From a virus, in the IMG/VR virus record IMGVR_UViG_3300037474_000152: a DNA stretch of 64,000 nucleotides. One strand, given 5' to 3'. Both the position numbers and the translations under genes were made by a program. The notes under the pieces are model-generated. The model was not told the DNA's origin and ran no database searches. It saw nothing but the letters and a program-made list of their open reading frames with translations. Shown in pieces: positions 19,502 through 30,296 of this stretch; the first letter of the stretch is position 1; the number at the start of each line of letters is the position of its first letter.

Positions 19502-19777
19502 ATGGAATTAAACCAAAACCACGAGCATGAGACGGTTTCTCGGTTTCTCACTGACCTGCAAAAACGCTTGGAGTCAAGCCACGACCCCAGGACTTTTTCA
19601 ATCTCGCTAATTGAAAACCTTATCATTGTTCGTTGTGGTGATTGTTCGATCGCTGGAGACGCATGGAAGTCAAAAAACCAGATTGCGTCAACTGGGTATG
19701 GTTTTGCAGTCTATTACGGGCGGGAAGAGTTTGATTCAGTGCCACCCACAAAAAAAAGAGGGCAAAAACCCTCATAG
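19502..19777 (+). CDS. Hypothetical protein
   Basis: 91-aa ORF. Confidence 0.4.
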   Translation: MELNQNHEHETVSRFLTDLQKRLESSHDPRTFSISLIENLIIVRCGDCSIAGDAWKSKNQIASTGYGFAVYYGREEFDSVPPTKKRGQKPS

Positions 19778-19798
19778 CGTTCCTCAGATAGCAAGAAC

Positions 19799-20551
19799 CT
19801 AGTTGATCGAATGGCTTCCGTTCGATTGTTCTAGGTTATGAGCGCGAATAAGATTTGCGCTAAACCTTGGGTCGCCAGTCAAAACCCGCAACCCAGCCGC
19901 AATATATCCAATCAACTCGTCGGGTAGTACGTTCGTTTCCCCTCTCATAAAACGTCTTAACTCGGGAAGAACCTGCTCTACTTCAGTTGCTTCTGCGATC
20001 GCTTCTAATGCGGCATCCTCTGTTAGTCCGCTGGAAGCGATCGCATCTCTAATAAGTTGTCTTAGTCCCACGGCCATGCACCTCAGTAATTCCGAATTAT
20101 TGTAGGGCTGACACGCGCCACGGGTATGAAGGCTGTCATCTACCTTAAAAAAATTTTCCCCTTTCAATCGAGGGAAGAAAAATTCTTCAGCTACTGAGAA
20201 TACTTCCGTAACCGGGGCCCTGCTTAACCACGCAATAGCAGCAGAGCGTTCCTCTTGGGTCGTCAACGTGCTTTGTTCGCTAGTCCGCTGTCTGACTAGG
20301 CGCTCTAGGTTTTCCTCAAGTTTCCCCCGCAACCCATACTCAATCTCTAGGTACCGAGCAACGGCGGCACGACCCGATTGCTTCATCTCAGCCCCGTGTT
20401 CGGCTCGCCACAGCGCACCTCTATCAATGTCTAGCTGCGTAAGGTTCGTTATTTTTGCGGCTAAACCCCGGAGACTTAACCCCGTCAACTCTCGTTCTTG
20501 CTTTATCCACTCCGATAGCCAGCGAGATTTAGTCATTTCCTTAACGCTCAA
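19799..20551 (-). CDS. CI-like repressor (N-terminal XRE HTH)
   Basis: WIKQERELTGLSLRGLAAKI...RGALWRAEHG; divergent from a Cro-like gene that heads the replication operon. Confidence 0.65.
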   Translation of the reverse strand: MSVKEMTKSRWLSEWIKQERELTGLSLRGLAAKITNLTQLDIDRGALWRAEHGAEMKQSGRAAVARYLEIEYGLRGKLEENLERLVRQRTSEQSTLTTQEERSAAIAWLSRAPVTEVFSVAEEFFFPRLKGENFFKVDDSLHTRGACQPYNNSELLRCMAVGLRQLIRDAIASSGLTEDAALEAIAEATEVEQVLPELRRFMRGETNVLPDELIGYIAAGLRVLTGDPRFSANLIRAHNLEQSNGSHSIN

Positions 20552-20720
20552 TCTTTCCTCCGAGCGTGTTGTGTCACGCCACTACACTTTATCATCACGC
20601 ATCTTTCCACTAACGCTGTTAATAAGTTTTGTTAAGCAACGTGTCTGTCACGAGTCAGTCACGCGACAATAAAGAAGGTCTCAAAAGAGACTACCTCAAA
20701 ACTCGAAAAAGTAGGAGAAA

Positions 20721-20886
20721 GATGGCAAAGGCGACACAAGCACAAAAGAAAAAAATCCTTCAACTGTACTGGGCACAAGTTCCGGTCTCGGAAATCACAA
20801 GACGCTGTTCAGTTGCAAGAGCAACCGTTTTTCGCTATGTGGCAGAAGAGAAAAAGCAGCGCGAGGAAGGGGGGGAAGTCGCGTGA
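20721..20886 (+). CDS. Cro-like HTH protein
   Basis: VPVSEITRRCSVARATVFRYV; ATG at 20721 preferred over 20629. Confidence 0.65.
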
Positions 20887-21598
20887 GCTTTGAGAAATTC
20901 TTGAGAAAGACGTTAGAGACAAACGGCTATCAGGTCAGTAGAGATCGGGGAAACTGGAAAGTTTCGTATTGGAAAGTTTCAGGGTCTGCGTTTAGCGAAA
21001 GGGCTGGAATTATTGCAATTGTCGCGAATCCGAAGGACAAAGAATGTGCGGTCGCTAAACCCTTCGGTTACAAAAACAGCTCCCCCCAGTTTTTACACTT
21101 GCGCTGCTGCTTAGCCGTAGCCGTCTATAACTACGATTGCGCGGCTAAGGAGGTTGCATGACGTTTACCCAATCTCAGCAACAAGAAGCACTGAAAGAAC
21201 GAGACCAATTAATCCAATCAGTCCAGTTACAAAACATCGGGTTGAGGGGTGCTCTGCGAGAAAGCGATCGCCTGCTTCGAGTGTGCGTTGCGCTGTTGCT
21301 TGATTCTGGCGTGACGCCTCCTGTGGAGGTTTCTAATCACCTTGGTTCGCAGGTGTTAGCCCCAGCAGTGAAGCCAGAGCTAGTCCTCACAGAGTGGCAA
21401 GTCAAGGCACTTAAGGCGTTGTTGGTAGCTCGTACAAACGGAAAGAGTTGGGTTCATTACGGAAACCAAGTTTACCCAGTCCCCACAGTTCGACTACTCA
21501 AAGAAAAGGGACTTATTGATGTTAACGAGCGCGGATGCTCGCTAACAGACAAGGGACTTTTTGTTGCCAAGCAATTAGTAGGAAAAACGCATGAATAG
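20883..21598 (+). CDS. Two hypothetical early genes (20883-21161, 21158-21598)
   Basis: Overlapping start/stop junctions; the second has a wHTH-like C-terminus. Confidence 0.55.
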
Positions 21599-22445
21599 CA
21601 TAACCGTTGCCCCGATAGAGTCGCTAACTATTGGCTCTTACGACGAAGCTCTTGTGGCAAAGTTTGTTGAACAAATAAAAAACGATGGAGACTTGCCCCC
21701 CATCGAAATTAGCCCAGACAATATTGTAATCAAAGGAGCTGAAACAGTCGTTGCTGCAAAGCAATTAGGATTTTCCACTCTTGCAGCCATTGTAACAGGA
21801 GGGGTTAACCCACCTCTAGAGAGCGAACCAGATGAAAACGCGATCGCCCTGTTATCTGATGAAGAGTTAATCAACCAAGTCAATGCCGAGGCTGACCTAG
21901 CCTTCAATGCAGCAGGGGAAGCCCTCAAGCGTGCCAGACGTGCCGGGATGATTCTCTTAGAGCAGCGGCGCAGGACAAAGCGAGGGGGATGGCTCCCTTG
22001 GCTTAAGGCAAACTGCCCTCGGATCAGCGAGCGGACTGCTCAGGAGTGGTGCCAAATCGCTCGCGACTGGGACGAAATACAAAAAGGCGCGGCAGAACGC
22101 GGATTGGATTTAGGGAACCTCACTCAGTCCAGCGCACTAAAACTATTAAGGGGAACAAGTGAGGCTACTGATGACAGCACCTCAAAGCCACCCAAGCAGA
22201 CAGAGGCAGAGCCACAGCAGAGCGCAGCCCCAGCCCCCATGCCAACGGTTGAGGACGTATACGCGGCATTCAGCTCTCACCTGCATTCCCTCCCACCCCG
22301 CAGGGTGGTGGCAACGGTGAAGCAGGTTTCAGAGACATTCAGCTCAGACCGACTCTCTTCCCTCGACCGAAGAGACCTCGAAGACTTAATCCACTCCAGT
22401 TCCTGTCTAATTCGCCAAGCCAAAGCAGCGCTGGGGGGACGATGA
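21591..22445 (+). CDS. Degenerate ParB-N plus DUF3102-like domain protein
   Basis: LPPIEI...VIKG...AAKQLG (ParB-like, no GxxR); GMILL...GGWLPWLKANCPRISERTAQEWCQIA. Confidence 0.6.
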   Translation: MNSITVAPIESLTIGSYDEALVAKFVEQIKNDGDLPPIEISPDNIVIKGAETVVAAKQLGFSTLAAIVTGGVNPPLESEPDENAIALLSDEELINQVNAEADLAFNAAGEALKRARRAGMILLEQRRRTKRGGWLPWLKANCPRISERTAQEWCQIARDWDEIQKGAAERGLDLGNLTQSSALKLLRGTSEATDDSTSKPPKQTEAEPQQSAAPAPMPTVEDVYAAFSSHLHSLPPRRVVATVKQVSETFSSDRLSSLDRRDLEDLIHSSSCLIRQAKAALGGR

Positions 22446-23052
22446 GAGAAGCAGATCGCTCATTACCCCAGAATCGCTTTGCTTACACCCCAAAAGCGAT
22501 CGCTAGTTTTGTGGAAAACGCCGGCTGGTATTACGCCGGATGCGGTGATAGTGATTCCCTGCTTGAAGTGGGGGAAGCTGTACTAGCTGACTACCTCCTC
22601 GACTGGAAGATTCAAATTTTTCCCCACACTGCCTTAATCCACGAACCCACCGGGCATTACTGGCTCCCCTGGTTTGACGCTTGCGAAGACGTGGGGATGC
22701 TTCGGAAGGTTATCAGGGCTGGTGTTGAACTTGAGTTGTCGGGAGGTTTGGCATGAGTCACCCTCACGACTGCGGTCATGCTGCTGTGTTGTTGGAAGCG
22801 ATCGGTTTTCAATATAGCGGACAACTCCCACCAGAGGCGTTTGAGGCTGAGATAGACCCTCAATGGTGCGAACTTGATGAGTACCTAGGTTGGGAGATTC
22901 AGTCGTGGCCCATCTTTGCGGTAATGCACAGACGGACGGGACATGGCTGGACTCCCCTGTTCGAGGAAACGATGTCGGTCGAGCGAATCAAGGTGCTGAT
23001 TCTTGAGGGATTCAAGGCGGATTGTGAGAAAGCGCTGGGGGTAGGGAGATGA
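22442..23052 (+). CDS. Two distantly related hypothetical genes (22442-22756, 22753-23052)
   Basis: Both contain an L(D/G)WxIQxxP...H..TG..W.P motif; overlapping junctions. Confidence 0.55.
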
Positions 23053-24188
23053 ACTTTGATGAATTTAAGGAGCTGTATCCTTCCCCCGAAATCTCATCAT
23101 TCTTGGTTAGCGAGCGGATTGACCGAGACAAAATTGTCCTCAAAAAAATTTACATCGACATGGCAGAAGACTTGGTTGCTGGCATCGTCCTCAATCAAAT
23201 CGTCTTCTGGCATTGTCCCAATGACAACGGTGAAATTAAGTTAACTGTTGTTCGTGACGGACACCTCTGGCTGAGAAAGAAGCGAGAGGACTGGTGGAAA
23301 GAGTGCCGCGTCACTACAGCTCAGTTTGACAAAGCCTGCAAGCGACTAGAAGACCTCGATCTGATCGTAGTCAAGAAATACAAGTGGAATGGCTCGCCCG
23401 TAAAGCACATCAGGGTTGACTGGGCGGTATTTCTAGCCGTTTTGGAGCGAGCTAAAGCCAACTACGGAAAGAAAGAAGGCTATCGCCATAGGCCTCCTAC
23501 TAAGACTTCAGGGGCAAATCGCTACAAAGCTGACACAGCATCCATTTCCACTAATAGCGAAAATCAGGTGAATTTCGCTAATAGCGAAAATCCAACTTCG
23601 CTATTAGCGAAAAACCGGGAACTTCGCTATCAGGGAAAATCCAACTTCCCTAATAGCGAAAATGATCTATATAACAATGAGACATTCAATGAGACTACCA
23701 GAGAGACTGTCTCCCCCCCGATTCGTCAAGCCGAAGAGAGTCCGGATTCTAAGCAGAACTCCTTGGCTCCAGAAAAGCCTCAGCCTGAATTAGCCCCAGA
23801 GAATTTAAAACAGGGTTCAGATTTAGTCATTCCGCCGCAGTGTGATAACACGCCATTTGTGCATCCAGTCACCAAGAGTGACGAGTGGCTAAAGGGTGGC
23901 TACAAAATGCCGGAATGGGCAATCAAGCGAGTTGGGCAAAAGTGGATTGCCCGACAAGAGCTTGTTAATTGGTATGCAGAGCGAGAGAAGCAGTCAAAGG
24001 CTTTTGCTCGTGACTACCTGCAAAAAATTGGAGAGGAAGATCGCACCAACGATGTTTGGTCGGAATACAAGGCGACTAAAGCTGTTCGCCAGATGGTTGA
24101 GGCACCTAAGCCCATTGCAGGTACAGAGTCAATTACATCAGACCAAGTCAAGGGACTGTTAGCCAAGATTAAGGGAGTCAGCAAGTAA
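23049..24188 (+). CDS. Replication initiator (lambda O-like position, wHTH N-terminus)
   Basis: AGIVLNQIVFWH...W..K.REDWWKEC.VT..QFDKACKRL; contains iterons; upstream of DnaB. Confidence 0.75.
   Translation: MNFDEFKELYPSPEISSFLVSERIDRDKIVLKKIYIDMAEDLVAGIVLNQIVFWHCPNDNGEIKLTVVRDGHLWLRKKREDWWKECRVTTAQFDKACKRLEDLDLIVVKKYKWNGSPVKHIRVDWAVFLAVLERAKANYGKKEGYRHRPPTKTSGANRYKADTASISTNSENQVNFANSENPTSLLAKNRELRYQGKSNFPNSENDLYNNETFNETTRETVSPPIRQAEESPDSKQNSLAPEKPQPELAPENLKQGSDLVIPPQCDNTPFVHPVTKSDEWLKGGYKMPEWAIKRVGQKWIARQELVNWYAEREKQSKAFARDYLQKIGEEDRTNDVWSEYKATKAVRQMVEAPKPIAGTESITSDQVKGLLAKIKGVSK
23546..23705. other. Replication origin: five palindromic iterons TTCGCTA(A/T)TAGCGAA plus AT-rich tract
   Basis: Copies near 23546 (degenerate), 23574, 23597, 23623, 23646; spacing 23-26 bp; inside the initiator gene. 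Confidence 0.75.
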
Positions 24189-25561
24189 TGCAAGCCAAGT
24201 CTGAAAAGGTTCTGAATTTTGCTGCCTATGCTGGCAGCGTCCCACCTCAAAACGTAGAAGCTGAAGAAGCTATTCTTGGCGGCATCCTGCTCGACCCTGG
24301 TGCTATATCGCGAGTTGCAGAAGACCTAAAACCGGAGGCCTTCTACGTCCTCTCTCACCGAGAAATCTACAAAGCTGCGATCGCATTACACGGTCAAGGT
24401 AAGCCTACCGACTTGATGTGCGTATCGACCTATCTGGACGATCGCGGAATATTGGAGCGGGTTGGAGGCTTGGCAAAGCTTGCTCAACTGGTTGGTAGCA
24501 CGATATCAGCCGCCAATATTGACCGTTACGCTGACCTCGTGATGGATAAGTACCACCGGCGTCAAATCATCCAGGTTGGAAACGAGATAGCGGAACTGGG
24601 CAATGAAACCGCTCTAGATTTGCCCTCCGTGGTCAATGAAGCCCAGTCAAAGCTAATGGAGGCTACATCGTACCAGCAAGGAGAGAAATGGGCGGCAAAG
24701 CCCATCTCAGACTTACTGGTTGATGTCTTCCAGGAAATCGAAGCTGGAGGGCAACCAGGCTATAAGACTGGACTACTGGATCTGGATGGGCTGACGGGCG
24801 GACTATTCAAGCAGGACTTGGTTGTGGTGGCTGGTCGTCCAGGAATGGGTAAGACATTTTTCGGATGCTACCTAGCCAATCACTTTGCCGTTCATCACCA
24901 GTTGCCAGTCGTCTTCTTCAGTGCAGAGATGGACTGCGCCAAGCTGACCAAGCGTTTTGTCTCCATGCATTCGGGGATTGACTTGGCTCGACTTGTGCAA
25001 AATCGAGTAGCTCCAAACGAGTGGGAGTCCCTATCAAACGCAGTCGGGACAATCGCGCAGCTGCCGCTATACATCAACGACACTCCAGCCAGCAAGCTCA
25101 CGCCTAACATGATTCGGGCAGAGCTGCGCCGAATTCAAGTTGAGACGGGTTCTCCGATTGGATTAGTTGTTTTAGACTATCTGCAAAAACTAGGTGATAG
25201 GGCAGCTTCAAATCGAGCACAAGTTGTTGGGGCTTTTGCTGGTGAAGCTAAGGACATTGCAAAAGAGTTTAACTGTCCATTCGTTGCGCTAGCTCAGATT
25301 AATCGAGAGGTCGAATCAACAAAAGACAATCGACCCAGTATTGCCAACCTGAAAGACAGTGGTGATATCGAACAGGATGCTGACGAAATATTCCTTTTGT
25401 ATCGCGATGAATATTATCGTCCAGCCACTCCTGACCGAAACATTTTAGAGATTAACGCAGCCAAAAACCGTAACGGTCCAGTTGGTCTATGCAAGGTGAT
25501 TTTCAAGCCAGAGATTGGCTTCTATGGGTCGATACAAAAGAGGGGTTTTGGCAATGACTAA
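24188..25561 (+). CDS. dnaB: Replicative DNA helicase DnaB
   Basis: PPQNVEAEEAILGGILL, Walker A GRPGMGKT, FFSAEM, LDYLQ, LAQINREVE, RP...LKDSGDIEQDAD, KNRNGP. Confidence 0.97.
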   Translation: MQAKSEKVLNFAAYAGSVPPQNVEAEEAILGGILLDPGAISRVAEDLKPEAFYVLSHREIYKAAIALHGQGKPTDLMCVSTYLDDRGILERVGGLAKLAQLVGSTISAANIDRYADLVMDKYHRRQIIQVGNEIAELGNETALDLPSVVNEAQSKLMEATSYQQGEKWAAKPISDLLVDVFQEIEAGGQPGYKTGLLDLDGLTGGLFKQDLVVVAGRPGMGKTFFGCYLANHFAVHHQLPVVFFSAEMDCAKLTKRFVSMHSGIDLARLVQNRVAPNEWESLSNAVGTIAQLPLYINDTPASKLTPNMIRAELRRIQVETGSPIGLVVLDYLQKLGDRAASNRAQVVGAFAGEAKDIAKEFNCPFVALAQINREVESTKDNRPSIANLKDSGDIEQDADEIFLLYRDEYYRPATPDRNILEINAAKNRNGPVGLCKVIFKPEIGFYGSIQKRGFGND

Positions 25562-26203
25562 AAGCACGGCTCCCTTGCTGGAGTTACTTGAATCACCAAA
25601 ACCTCGCCCCACTTACGAGCTAATTGTTGAGGCAGTACCTTCTACTTTGTCTATTGAATCTGGCAGGTTTTGGATTGTTTCAGTTCGCAAGGTTGGTGCT
25701 GAAGTTGTAGGGCGCTATCAAGTGCCAGGGCAGTGGAGGCATGAAGAAATGTATGCGTTACTTCACCATATTCAACGCTCTGGATGGCAGTTAAAAGAGG
25801 GTGATGTTTGGCAGGTGCGTCCGTATTGCGATGACGAGATTGAGTTTATCTGCGAACAGCTTTGAAAGGGGCTGTTGAAGTAATGATCGCACAACCATCC
25901 TTCATTAATCTCCAGCCCATCATTGCAGACATGGGCTACTGGCAACGGGTACAAGACGAACAACATCTACATGCGTTGTTGAAAAAAACTACAATCCGAG
26001 CCAATACCAGAGAACCAAAAGCAAAACCAAGAGGAGGTAGCGTGACTGGTCGAGGTTTCATTCGGATTGTCTTAATTGCCCTAGCTGTATCGGCAGCAGT
26101 TGGCTTATCCCTATCAATCAAAAACAGTCAAGCCATCAGTGTTTTTCTTTCATCTTTGCAACTTGTATTAATCCTGCAACTAAGTCTTTTGTTGGAAGTG
26201 TGA
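25554..26203 (+). CDS. Two hypothetical genes (about 25554-25865; 25862-26203 with C-terminal TM segments)
   Basis: Operon context; hydrophobic C-terminus in the second. Confidence 0.5.
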
Positions 26204-27993
26204 TGATTATGTTGGCCACAGAAAAACCATTCAATATCGACAAGGCAATTGAGCAATTAGCCCAAGAGCGTGACAGCATTAACCCCGACCAATATCGGGG
26301 AAAGAACGGAGGAAAGACCCCTCAGTACGAAAGGGCAAAACGCCGTCAATCCCAATTCAATGACGATATCAAATCCGTTGAAAAGATGCGGCAGCTTGCC
26401 ATTAATTCAACGGTCACTTACAAACAGTTTGGAGAAGGCATAGTGACGGCTCATCAGATTGATGACCGAGGCATTCCAATGGTCTATGTGGAGTTTCCTG
26501 AAACTGGGAGCAATTGGTTCCCCCCAAGAGAAGTAGAGCTAGTCACACAGTTTTGGAGGAATCCCCACGGGCTTCACCCAGTTGATGGAGTTGATGAAGA
26601 CCTGCTGAAATACAACGTCATTCCTTGCCACACTTTGCCGGTAAACGAGCAAGTTGAACTGTGCCAAAAACGGATTGAATTGCAGCAGGACCACCTTTCC
26701 GACATTGAGAAACACAAGCCCAGCGCAGCGGCAAAAGTCAAAGAAGCGGTTGAGGCAGTGATTCAGGAAGAAAGCGATCGCATTAAGATGCTGAGTACCA
26801 AATTATCAAACGAGCCTTTCCTCAAGTGGGCTGGCGGCAAGTCTTGGGCAGTAGAGCTAGTAAAGGAACTCTACGCACCATTTAAGAATTTTCGCCTTGT
26901 AAGCCTCACCCTTGGTGGAGGGGCGATAGAGTTAGGGCTTCAACCCAAACGAGCGCTACTGTGTGACATTAATCCCTACCTCATTAATTGTTGGCAATGG
27001 GTAAAAGAGAATGGAAAATTCACCATTCCCCTAAAAAGCCGGGAGGACTATTTCAATGAAATTCGCAACCGTTTCAACGCAAATCCCCTGCATCCAGAGG
27101 CTCCGCAGTGGTTCTACCTACTCAACCACACTTGCTTTAACGGGTTGCAGCGCAGTAGCTCTATAAAACATTTCAATGTGGGCTGGGGAAAGTACAAAAA
27201 ATTCCACGGTCAAAGCGATCTAACCCACTACAAAACCGGGATGACTGAATGGGAGTTTAAAGCTCAGTCGTGGGAGCAAACACTATTAGAAATTCAGGAA
27301 GACGATTTTCTGGTTTTTGACCCGCCGTATCACGGCACTGGATTTAAAGAGTACTACGGCAAGTTCACTGATGACGATCAGATGTTTGCCGCGTCGGGTC
27401 TAGGTAGGTTGTCAAATCCGATGGTGGTTTTCAACGCAGCTACCCCTGAAATGCTTGAGCTATACCAAGATTTAGGTTTTGATGTGGAGGTAAAAGAAGT
27501 TGCTCGCAGCATTTCTTGTAATGGTGATCGCACTCCAGCGCTAGAAATGATTGCAACCAAGAACTTGAAAACTGTTTTACCTTGCTCGCTGCTCTCATTA
27601 GATGACCGCATTAACACCGTCCTACAACGCATTTTAGTTATTCCCAACCTTGAGCAACTGCAAAAGGAAGGAGCAACAGACGAGCAACTGAAAGAATCGC
27701 TTGCCTCTGCGTTTGGCCCCGGTACTGGCGCAAGCCTACCCGAGTGGTGGTATGCCTCTTGTGAAAAATCCCCCAAGTTTTGGTTGAAGCAGGTTCCGGA
27801 AGGTAAGCCTGATTTGCAGGGGAATGCGTTTGTTGAACGAATCAGGAGACTTTACAGCATCGGTCAACCCGTGGAGATATGCGCGTCAGACCGCGTATTA
27901 ACCAACAGCGATTTGGTGTACCGCCAGTTTTTGTCGATGGGATTGCCGCCAGCGCAGGCAAGATATTTAGCTGGTCAATCTGAACCTGCGTGA
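26200..27993 (+). CDS. dam: Dam-like (D12 class) DNA adenine methyltransferase with N- and C-terminal extra domains
   Basis: PFLKWAGGKS, CDINPYLIN, FYLLNHTCFNGL, FDPPY, VARSISCNG. Confidence 0.85.
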   Translation: MMIMLATEKPFNIDKAIEQLAQERDSINPDQYRGKNGGKTPQYERAKRRQSQFNDDIKSVEKMRQLAINSTVTYKQFGEGIVTAHQIDDRGIPMVYVEFPETGSNWFPPREVELVTQFWRNPHGLHPVDGVDEDLLKYNVIPCHTLPVNEQVELCQKRIELQQDHLSDIEKHKPSAAAKVKEAVEAVIQEESDRIKMLSTKLSNEPFLKWAGGKSWAVELVKELYAPFKNFRLVSLTLGGGAIELGLQPKRALLCDINPYLINCWQWVKENGKFTIPLKSREDYFNEIRNRFNANPLHPEAPQWFYLLNHTCFNGLQRSSSIKHFNVGWGKYKKFHGQSDLTHYKTGMTEWEFKAQSWEQTLLEIQEDDFLVFDPPYHGTGFKEYYGKFTDDDQMFAASGLGRLSNPMVVFNAATPEMLELYQDLGFDVEVKEVARSISCNGDRTPALEMIATKNLKTVLPCSLLSLDDRINTVLQRILVIPNLEQLQKEGATDEQLKESLASAFGPGTGASLPEWWYASCEKSPKFWLKQVPEGKPDLQGNAFVERIRRLYSIGQPVEICASDRVLTNSDLVYRQFLSMGLPPAQARYLAGQSEPA

Positions 27994-28039
27994 TTGACCA
28001 CCGCATACAAGAATTTGCAGCGATTCATTCTTTAACCAT

Positions 28040-28072
28040 AAAACCACTCAAAAGTGAGTGGTTTTATATTTT
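28040..28072. terminator. Intrinsic terminator
   Basis: AAAACCACTC/GAGTGGTTTT stem. Confidence 0.7.
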
Positions 28073-28208
28073 GCCCCCTTGACATCCGTTTAAGCAATAG
28101 CTTAAATAAATATAGAGACACAAAGCAACCCAAATAAACACCCTAGCAATCGCCCAACACTTAAATTTAGCCAAAGAGTTAATTCTCGAAGTTCAGGAAT
28201 GGGCGACA

Positions 28209-29730
28209 GTGCTATGGGTGCGAATCAAGGGACTGCGTCCAAAATTTGTAAGCAAGAGGGTGGTAAATGTGAAATTAACTCTAAAGCAGGCAACACGAAT
28301 TGTTGAAGACCCCGAAGCAATTCAACGCAATTACCTAAACCAAGAGGTACTAGAGCAAGCGATTGCAATGGCTGAGGAACTAAAGTCAGGTGGATTTAGC
28401 GCCCGTGACGGAATGTGCGTGTTTCCGAACACAGCACACATCACCGACAAGTATCAAGACAGTATGAAGAACCGGCAGTTTACATGCTGTGAAGAGATTG
28501 CCGTCCACCTACTGAGCCTTTGATTATGCAAAGAGTTACCAATGTGATTGACGAAGACGCCAACGAGCAAGGGACTCAATGGCAAGCTACAGAGTACGTC
28601 GAGGGCGTAGGAAAAGTTGAGTTGTGCAAAGATAAGCCAGTTAACAATCCGCTTACGTGGCTCGAATGGTATCAAGCAATGGATGAGTCTGGCAATGTTT
28701 ACTGGTATCAGGAGGATTTGTAATGCAACTTGCACAGCTAGCCAGCCATTCTTACGAAAACCTAAAAACTCAATTGCAGCTTGTTTTAGTGGATGACTTG
28801 AAGTCTCTTGACTTTGCATTAATGAGCTTACCTAGGATGATTCACCAAAAGTTAAATAGTGATTCCATGCAGCACAAAAGCATGGACGCGGACACGCTGA
28901 GGTGGCTAATTCAGCGAGAATTAGATAAAAGGCAAGCCGGGGAGTTGCCCTACACATGGACTCAAATGTATAAGGCGATGGGTATCCCAAAGGAGTTTTT
29001 GTATTGACTTGCCCGAACATAGAGGTTTGGCACTTTAGTCCAGTGTCAAACCTAAAAACTCTTGTGCCTCACACGCCTTTGCACCCAGAGTATAACGACT
29101 TTTGCGTTGTTTATTTAGCGACTTCAATCTACTGGTGCAAAGCTTGGGCTGACGCAATGACAAAGGAGGGGTACCGTAAACCTCCTTTTTATATTTATAA
29201 GGGTTTTGTTTCTATCAACGATCTATTCTGTATAGAGTCAAATAACGAAAAGCAGTATTTTTTGACTCCTGTCTCGACAGAAGAAATTCAATCTATCGAT
29301 CAGGTTTTGTCAAAATCTCCTGTCAATGTTGAATTGATTGAGGTTTACAATGCCAGCTAAAGGAACACGGAAGCTCAAGCCAAAAGGAAAGCGTTCCGAA
29401 ACTCAAATGGCGCTTCCCAATGAGCTTTATGACGAAATTGAACGACTAGCGGCGGTCCATGACCTCATCAATCCTCGGAATGGCAAAGGTAATCGCACCA
29501 AATTAATTGAAATGGCGGTTCGTGCCTTTAAATTATTCTGCCGCCAGTACAACACCGACTCCATGCCATACCCTCAAAAATTAGCAGACTATCTCATCAG
29601 GAGAGCAAACGAGGGAGATGAGGAGGCTCAGCAACACCTAGATTACCTGGAGTCGTGGTCTACAGAACGAAGCTACGAAGAGGTGTTAGCTGAAAGCACA
29701 GTCAAGATTAGAGATAGCTACATTGTTTAG
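28209..29730 (+). CDS. Five small genes (28209-28523, 28520-28723, 28723-29007, 29004-29360, 29338-29730); last is an RHH-like DNA-binding protein
   Basis: Tight overlaps; last has TQMALPNELYDEIERLA...GNRTKLIEMAV. Confidence 0.55.
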
Positions 29731-29751
29731 CTGCCCCTACTCCAAAGATTT

Positions 29752-29780
29752 AAAAAAAGCGCGACTCACCGCGCTTTTTT
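29752..29780. terminator. Bidirectional intrinsic terminator
   Basis: A7-GCGCG/CGCGC-T6. Confidence 0.65.
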
Positions 29781-29819
29781 CATGCGTCAGAATAGAAGCT
29801 TCAGGACAAGTCAGGACGC

Positions 29820-30296
29820 ATGCCTACTCAAGCAATCCTCAAGATTAGATACAAGACAGGGGAAGAAGATGAGTTCAAACTAGAAAGCGATCGCGCCTAC
29901 TACACCTTTGGTCGTTCTCACGAATGCGACTATAGGCTGTGTAGCAGCAAAATCAGCAACGTTCATTTCACCATCCTGCGTCACCCTAGTGCAAACGCTC
30001 ATCGAATCATCGACGGCTTTCCCGGTCGCAGACAGGGGGGAGAAATCGTTAGCCGCCGCGTAAGTACCAATGGCATCCTACTTAATGGCGAACCCGTGAC
30101 ATCAAGCGAAGAAAAGCTAAGAGACGGGCAAGGGCGACACGAGCTAAAGCATGGGGATAAGCTTGTGTTACCCGACGAGACTGAGATCGAATATTTCATC
30201 CATCGCCCCAGCCGCACGCTTGAGAGAGCCGAGGAGGACACTGAGGCATCCTATCCCATCTTCACTGAAGTGAACCTAAGTGACTCAAAGCAATAG
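29820..30296 (+). CDS. FHA domain protein
   Basis: TFGRS...ISNVH...STNGILLNG...LKHGDKL: GR, SxxH and NG pThr-binding motifs all present. Confidence 0.9.
   Translation: MPTQAILKIRYKTGEEDEFKLESDRAYYTFGRSHECDYRLCSSKISNVHFTILRHPSANAHRIIDGFPGRRQGGEIVSRRVSTNGILLNGEPVTSSEEKLRDGQGRHELKHGDKLVLPDETEIEYFIHRPSRTLERAEEDTEASYPIFTEVNLSDSKQ

Noticed and set aside
23546-23660. Mini CRISPR array
   Set aside because: The intervals between repeats are only about 8-11 nt, the repeats lie in a coding gene, and no cas gene is present; iterons fit better.
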